The notes beneath the pieces are model-generated. The model saw only the letters and a program-made list of their open reading frames with translations, did no database searches and was not told where the DNA came from. Below, piece after piece: positions 58,947-64,000 of a stretch of DNA of 64,000 nucleotides (within the stretch, counting starts at the first letter, position 1; every line of letters begins with the position of its first letter). The stretch is taken from positions 1 through 64,000 of the forward strand of contig JAVECO010000064.1 of the NCBI GenBank assembly GCA_051942205.1, in the 5' to 3' direction. The position numbers were made by a program, and so were the translations under genes. The DNA comes from Coniocarpon cinnabarinum (Eukaryota).

Positions 58947-61900
58947 TCACGTACCGTTGTTCACCGAGTCCAGATAATGAGCGGGAAGTACATGCTTACA
59001 TTCGACACGGGCCTTGAGATCTAACATGAAGTTTTTAAAGTTCACATACCCTGCGTCATCGGCGCTGGTGTGTTTTGCGCTGACATATCGCTGTGCAAAT
59101 TCTCGATCTAACTCCTCATCTAGTTCCGAGTGACAATCGGGGCATGGCCATGTCTTCCAATACCCGTCAGCAGTGCTTAGGTCGGGTCTGCTCTCGACGC
59201 GAAGCAATCTCGACGTAGAGCGTGCGCCTTGATCGCGAGCAGTATTTATAACATCCATCATATCATCTTTATGGTCGCCATACTTCTGTATTGTTTCAAG
59301 CAAGAACAAAACCGAGCTTGAGATGCGCAGCCGCTATTGATCATGACGTGGAGCTTTTAGGTCATTGTCAAGGAAAAGTACGTTACTTCGTGGTTTATGT
59401 CTGCACCACGCGATACAAAAGCCTCTAAGGTCTTTCCACATGCAAGTACACTGGCTGCTGATCCAAGACCTCGAGAAGGATAATCGAACGAAAAGAGAAG
59501 CCCGCTCAAGAGGTTGTCAAAAAGGGAATGCTCAATGTTGAAGTCAAGAAAGTATGACAGGCTGCGCCAAATATAGCGAGGATCTAACAGCGAGAAACGA
59601 AAGGTTTTCGGAATAGGAGCATTGGGATCCGCGCCGGAATCTACGAGCTTCATGATGGTATGTAATTTTTCCTCGGGGTTTGGATGGAGTTTGTGAGCGC
59701 CAAGTAAGCCAAAGGCTGCTGCAAAGGTTGTGCGCTGTATCAAGGCTTGCCGACTGTCATTATCATATTTTGAAAATCCATTGTTTACCAACGTCATGAG
59801 ACCCCACTCTGCAGCTGCCAGTATAACGATTTCCTGTGACGTATGTTTTTGTCCTGGTGTTTTTAGCTCCGTAACTCGCTGGTTGGGTTCCGCATATACG
59901 CATTCGTATGCGATACTATGTGCATAAACGAATCGCTGTTCAACCTCATCCAAATGCCTGAGATGCAGCTGTTTATCAATGCTAACAAATGCATGAACGC
60001 TTTGGAAATACTCATCGAGGCGGCGGCAAAGCATCCTCAAGGGTCCTGTATTAGTACCTCCGCTCCTTTTGCTGAGCATAGCTGTGTTCAATGCCAGTCG
60101 TGATGACTTCCTCACAAGACAGTCATGGATTTCCTCACATGGTATAATGGAGAGCATCGACTTGGCGGCGGGGTTTGTCAGTAAGAACTCACTTGCGCTT
60201 CTATGAATCAGTCGTACTTCCACGAACTTGCTGTAATGGGCCCAAATCCTTTCCTCAGAACATGGGTAATAGTCGTTATGCTCAAAATAGGGGTCACTAT
60301 CGGTGACGTCAAGAAGTCCTGCGCTCTGCTTGAGGCACATTTCAACAAGATGCTCAAGTCGCGTATGGAGATTTGTTGGATCGCTGAGGAGTTGCTCAGT
60401 CCGTTCAATTGCGAAAACACCATTGTCGTCCAAGTCAGGCCAATCGATCGCGGCCCCAAGATCTGTAATGTAACAGTGGTATGCTCTGTTTAAATGATGG
60501 ATGAAGACATTCAGAACCAGTGCTAGGCGACGCCGGTGAACCGGGTCGATATCCTCGAGCATGCGGATAAACAAGTGAGTGATGTTGCCGTCCATTGAGA
60601 GCAAACGCTCTCGGAATTGAGCGGGTGTGTCGTGTCGCTGCACTGCACGGGCGAGATCGTTCACTGCAAGAGCAATCCAAAGGAAGACGCCATCTGCTTT
60701 ATGTATCAAGAATCCAAGCAAGCTGGAATCACCGAAATCTCCTGCATTGTAGACCTTTTCAAGGTCTGGATAACTTGCAAGTTTCCCCTGCGTGAACTCT
60801 CGGATGTCAGAGGCATTCAGTTCTTGGAGCCTAAGATTCGGACATCCATAAAATGCTTCGCCCAAATGAGGCTCAGGCCGACTGGAAACCTAGAGCACAT
60901 GTTAGTGTATTTTCCGACTAGTGTCCCAATGCGAGCTCGAGCTTAAGCTCAGCGCTGCCAGAGGGTTGAAAATGTGCATTAGTCACGAGAGCTGAAACTA
61001 GCAAGCAACTACGCATCAATATACTCACCACGAGCTTGACGTTGTCTACATTTGCCAATGTCTTGACACAATCGATGAGTACCTGCTGGTCGTTACTATC
61101 CCCTTCCAGCTCGTCCAAGCCGTCAAGCATCAAGCAAACTTTGTAACCAGAAGCAGTGAGTCTGATTATGCGAAGGAGCAACCTCGAGAGCGTTTCAGCA
61201 TCCCAAGCTGTCGGAAAATTCAGTCCGTTGGACAAAGTATACTCATGGAGATTTCCAGAGACTGCCTCATCAATAACTTGGGGAACCTTCTGAAGGATTT
61301 GCAGGACCAGCGATCGAAGCATTCCTGTAGTACTCTTCTCGAGCTTCGTGCCAGCACTCCAAAAGAAAAATTTCGCAAGGATGACATTTTTGCCACTTGA
61401 CCATTGCTGCAGATGCGCCGATGTCTCATCATGTTGCGCTACGAACTTTAATAGGACAGACTTACCACTGCCGGCCTGTCCGCTGATCCAGTAAATGCTG
61501 TCATCGCCCTGTAAAAAGGTCACAAAATCACTCCAAGGTTTCTGCAGACGATTCTGTGGCTTAAAAATCCATTGGAAAGTAGTGCTATAGGCCCCAACAA
61601 TCTGTGTTTCTCTTGTGTAGATTTCGGGGAATGAAAGCTTGTCTATGAAATCCTGCGCTTTTTTGCGTTGTGCATTGCGGGAATGATTGTGGTGTATAGC
61701 AAGTCGCAGGTCTTTTTGTTGATGCGTGAAGTCGTCTCTCAGCGACGAGAGCTGGGTAAACATGTCACGAAATTGCTGCTCGAACGCTCGATAAGCGATG
61801 GTTTGCCGAAGAAGCGCAATATCGACTTGCGCAACAAGCCGTTTTTGAGATTCATTGGAAAAATCAAGTTGCTTGCTATTTTTGATGCCGGGTGAGCCAC

Positions 61901-62387
61901 CTAGTTGCTAGCAACACACTCTCGCCGAGACTTTCACTTACGTGATGTCGACCAGGAGATCCGAGTCGAGGCGCCGCCGGTATTCCTCAGACCTCTGCTT
62001 GAGATTGTCTATTTCGGTTGCAGCCCTTTTATTACGCCACATGGCCATAGCTACATCCCGCATTCCACGCTCTTTCTTCGACTTGATTCTATCAAGTAGG
62101 TGCCGAAGTTCTGTCGAACACTGCACACTCTCTTCACAGGTGCTCTTAAGCCTCTGCTGATCGAGGGATAAGGGAGCGGAGTCGGGGGTCTGGAAAGTGT
62201 CTAACCTAAGCTCCACGGACGCTGCGACACTGGCGATGTGGGCTGCTGCCTGCTCGGTGCGGCTCTTATCATGGGTAAGTCCATCCGCACTCTTATAGAT
62301 TTCGTAGCCCGTCTGAGCAGTTCTGCAGCAAAGATCAGCGAGTTGAAAAGCGCCGCAGGCTATTTGGAAGGCGGTCGCTGGGTCCAT
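58947..62387 (-). CDS. NACHT-domain STAND NTPase (fungal NLR-like) with N-terminal helical domain
   Basis: N-terminal MDPATAFQIACGAFQLADLC. TFQWIF, Walker A WISGQAGSGKSVLLK, FFFWSAGT, Walker B LMLDGLDE, VSSRPE, KADGVFLWIALAV, VRLIHRSASEFL. Introns 61876-61941, 60890-61028 and probably 59334-59386. The 3' end is uncertain. Confidence 0.88.
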
Positions 62388-63000
62388 TGACAGGCGGATT
62401 TTGCATTCCCAACTACAGGTCTAGGAAAGCTTGCTTCGTGTGCACTGCAAGATGGAGTCAAGGGCTCTCATCAGAGACAGCGACACGCCAGTGTTAGCAT
62501 CGCGTTCGAGCAAAGTCGTCTCAAATCAGGATAGTGAACAGCAGCCATCCTCAAGGGAGAAGCTGAGCAGGCAAGGCGACCGGAACATGCATCGCTGCCT
62601 TCAAGTCCAAAGTACCCACGCGGCTAAGCAAATACCAAGCCCCTATTGAAGAGGCTGAGCAGCCCCACGCAAGCGCAGCAAATAGCGACTATACCGCTAA
62701 TTTTAGGGGTCAACGCCCATTTCCTCACGCCCATTTGCTGGTCAAGCCTGGCAGGGTCAGAATGCCTCTGAGGCCATGAAGTAGACCAGCCTCGGAGTGA
62801 GAACAAAACGCATGAGATGCGCGGGAGGGAACAGCTTTCATGTCACCGACGCTTGCATCAGGCATCTGAATGCACATTGTAAATGCGGGCACCCAAAGAA
62901 ACCCCTGAATTGTTCGTGATTCACAGACCATCGGTCCGGCGGTCTTCATCGATTGATTGCACCGGTTCTGATGCTTGCGCATTTCTCCCTGTTTCTATGC

Positions 63001-64000
63001 TCATGATGCTGTGACGAGGAATTTGTATACTGAACAAGACAAGCACCTCCATCGTTTCTGTCGAAATGCGGCTTCATGATTGAGAGTTGGCTCCACTCTC
63101 ACCCCCAGCATTGCGTTGCTTGCCCCCTCGTTTGCTTCTTCCTCGCCCACGTGTGTTCGTGCCTCTACTGCGTCGACTGGTCCGTCCGTCTGACGTTTGC
63201 TGTGCTTCCTGTACCGCCGCGCTCTCCTTGTCCCACCATTCCTGCGTCTGTTAGCATGCTCCTCTGTGCATTGATTAAAAATATCCTGCTCACCTGAAAT
63301 GCTTGCTCTTCTTGGATCTCTTGAAGGCTACGCTTAGCGACCGCATCTTTCAAGTTGGTTTTTTCGGCTTGCTCTCGAGACATGATGTCGGACAATGACT
63401 GGTTCATGAAGTAATCTTGAGAGGACCCTTCGCGGGGCTGGTGACGAATGGATCTGATTGTCACGGTGGGTGATTCCCCCGATGAATTTGCTTTTGCAGA
63501 GTTCGGAGTCTGAGCAGGTGGGCCTGTTGTGCGAGCAGGAGTGGGTGTTTGTTTAGGCGTTGAAGGTGATTTCGAGGTCTCTCCTGGTGCCCTGGAAGCG
63601 GGGACATTGGCGACTGTTTGACGCATCGTCAATTGAGGTGTGAAGGTTGGACGCGACGCTGCAAAGTTTGATTGAGACGAAGGACTCGGTACAGGGTTAA
63701 GGTCGGCCTTTGACTGTCCAGGCGATTCATTCGCAGTCGAAGACACAGTCTTCCACGGGGAAGGGGTGCTCGAAGCAACAGAAGACTCGAATGGGGTGGA
63801 GGGGATTTGGTCGCTCACTGATCTTTTCTGGTCCTGCTGTTGATGATGCTGACGCTTCCTCTCTTTTTGAGACACTTTCGGGGTTGCTGGGCCAGATGTA
63901 CGGCGTCCAGAGTGATCATGGGCTTGCAAGCCAATCGACAAGTTTGAGGTCCTCCCACTCGATGTTTGCGCCATGATGTCCTTCATGTCAAGCTTGGCAC
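63001..64000 (-). CDS. 3' part of a large protein, probably the BTB/ankyrin/RCC1 (IBTK/Btb1-like) family; 5' truncated by the window
   Basis: DMKDIMAQ, KVSQKERKR, SLSDIMSREQAEK...AKRSLQEIQEEQAFQ/EWWDKES across intron 63242-63293, then an RG-rich tail. Family assigned from the recalled C-terminal motif only. Confidence 0.68.

Noticed and set aside
1..64000. tRNA, rRNA or snoRNA genes
   Set aside because: No cloverleaf, A/B-box or rRNA-like sequence was recognised by eye. tRNAscan-SE and Infernal would be needed to exclude them.

Overview
Genomic DNA of a filamentous ascomycete (Pezizomycotina-type gene content, short GT-AG introns with CTRAC/CTAAT branch points). About 20 intact genes are visible. 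Housekeeping genes: ABD1 cap methyltransferase, RPN7, complex I 30 kDa subunit, NOT4, PEX11, ALT1, BUD22, an RGT1-like and a copper-fist transcription factor, and the 3' end of a probable BTB/ankyrin protein. They are interleaved with accessory islands. The best candidate new system is at about 16.6-21.1 kb: a DUF3328/UstYa-type oxidase sits head-to-head with an unannotated 55-aa secreted, Tyr-containing peptide ORF that has no Kex2 repeats, flanked by a GNAT acetyltransferase and a PTH11/rhodopsin-like membrane protein, suggesting a non-repeat fungal RiPP or peptide-signalling module. Other highlights: (1) NOT4 has an in-frame coding intron plus a 654-nt alternative intron that joins it to a ~990-aa downstream exon; (2) a spliced 73-aa microprotein carries two LC8-type KGTQT motifs; (3) a dioxygenase-SDR-Zn2Cys6 mini-cluster has a triplicated 12-bp promoter motif and a dioxygenase lacking a canonical His; (4) a 4-nt micro-exon in an amino-acid permease; (5) twin related minisatellites; (6) several pseudogenes, including a decaying secondary-metabolite-type cluster; (7) a NACHT (NLR-like) gene. 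All calls come from reading the sequence by eye and recalled family motifs; no database searches were run.
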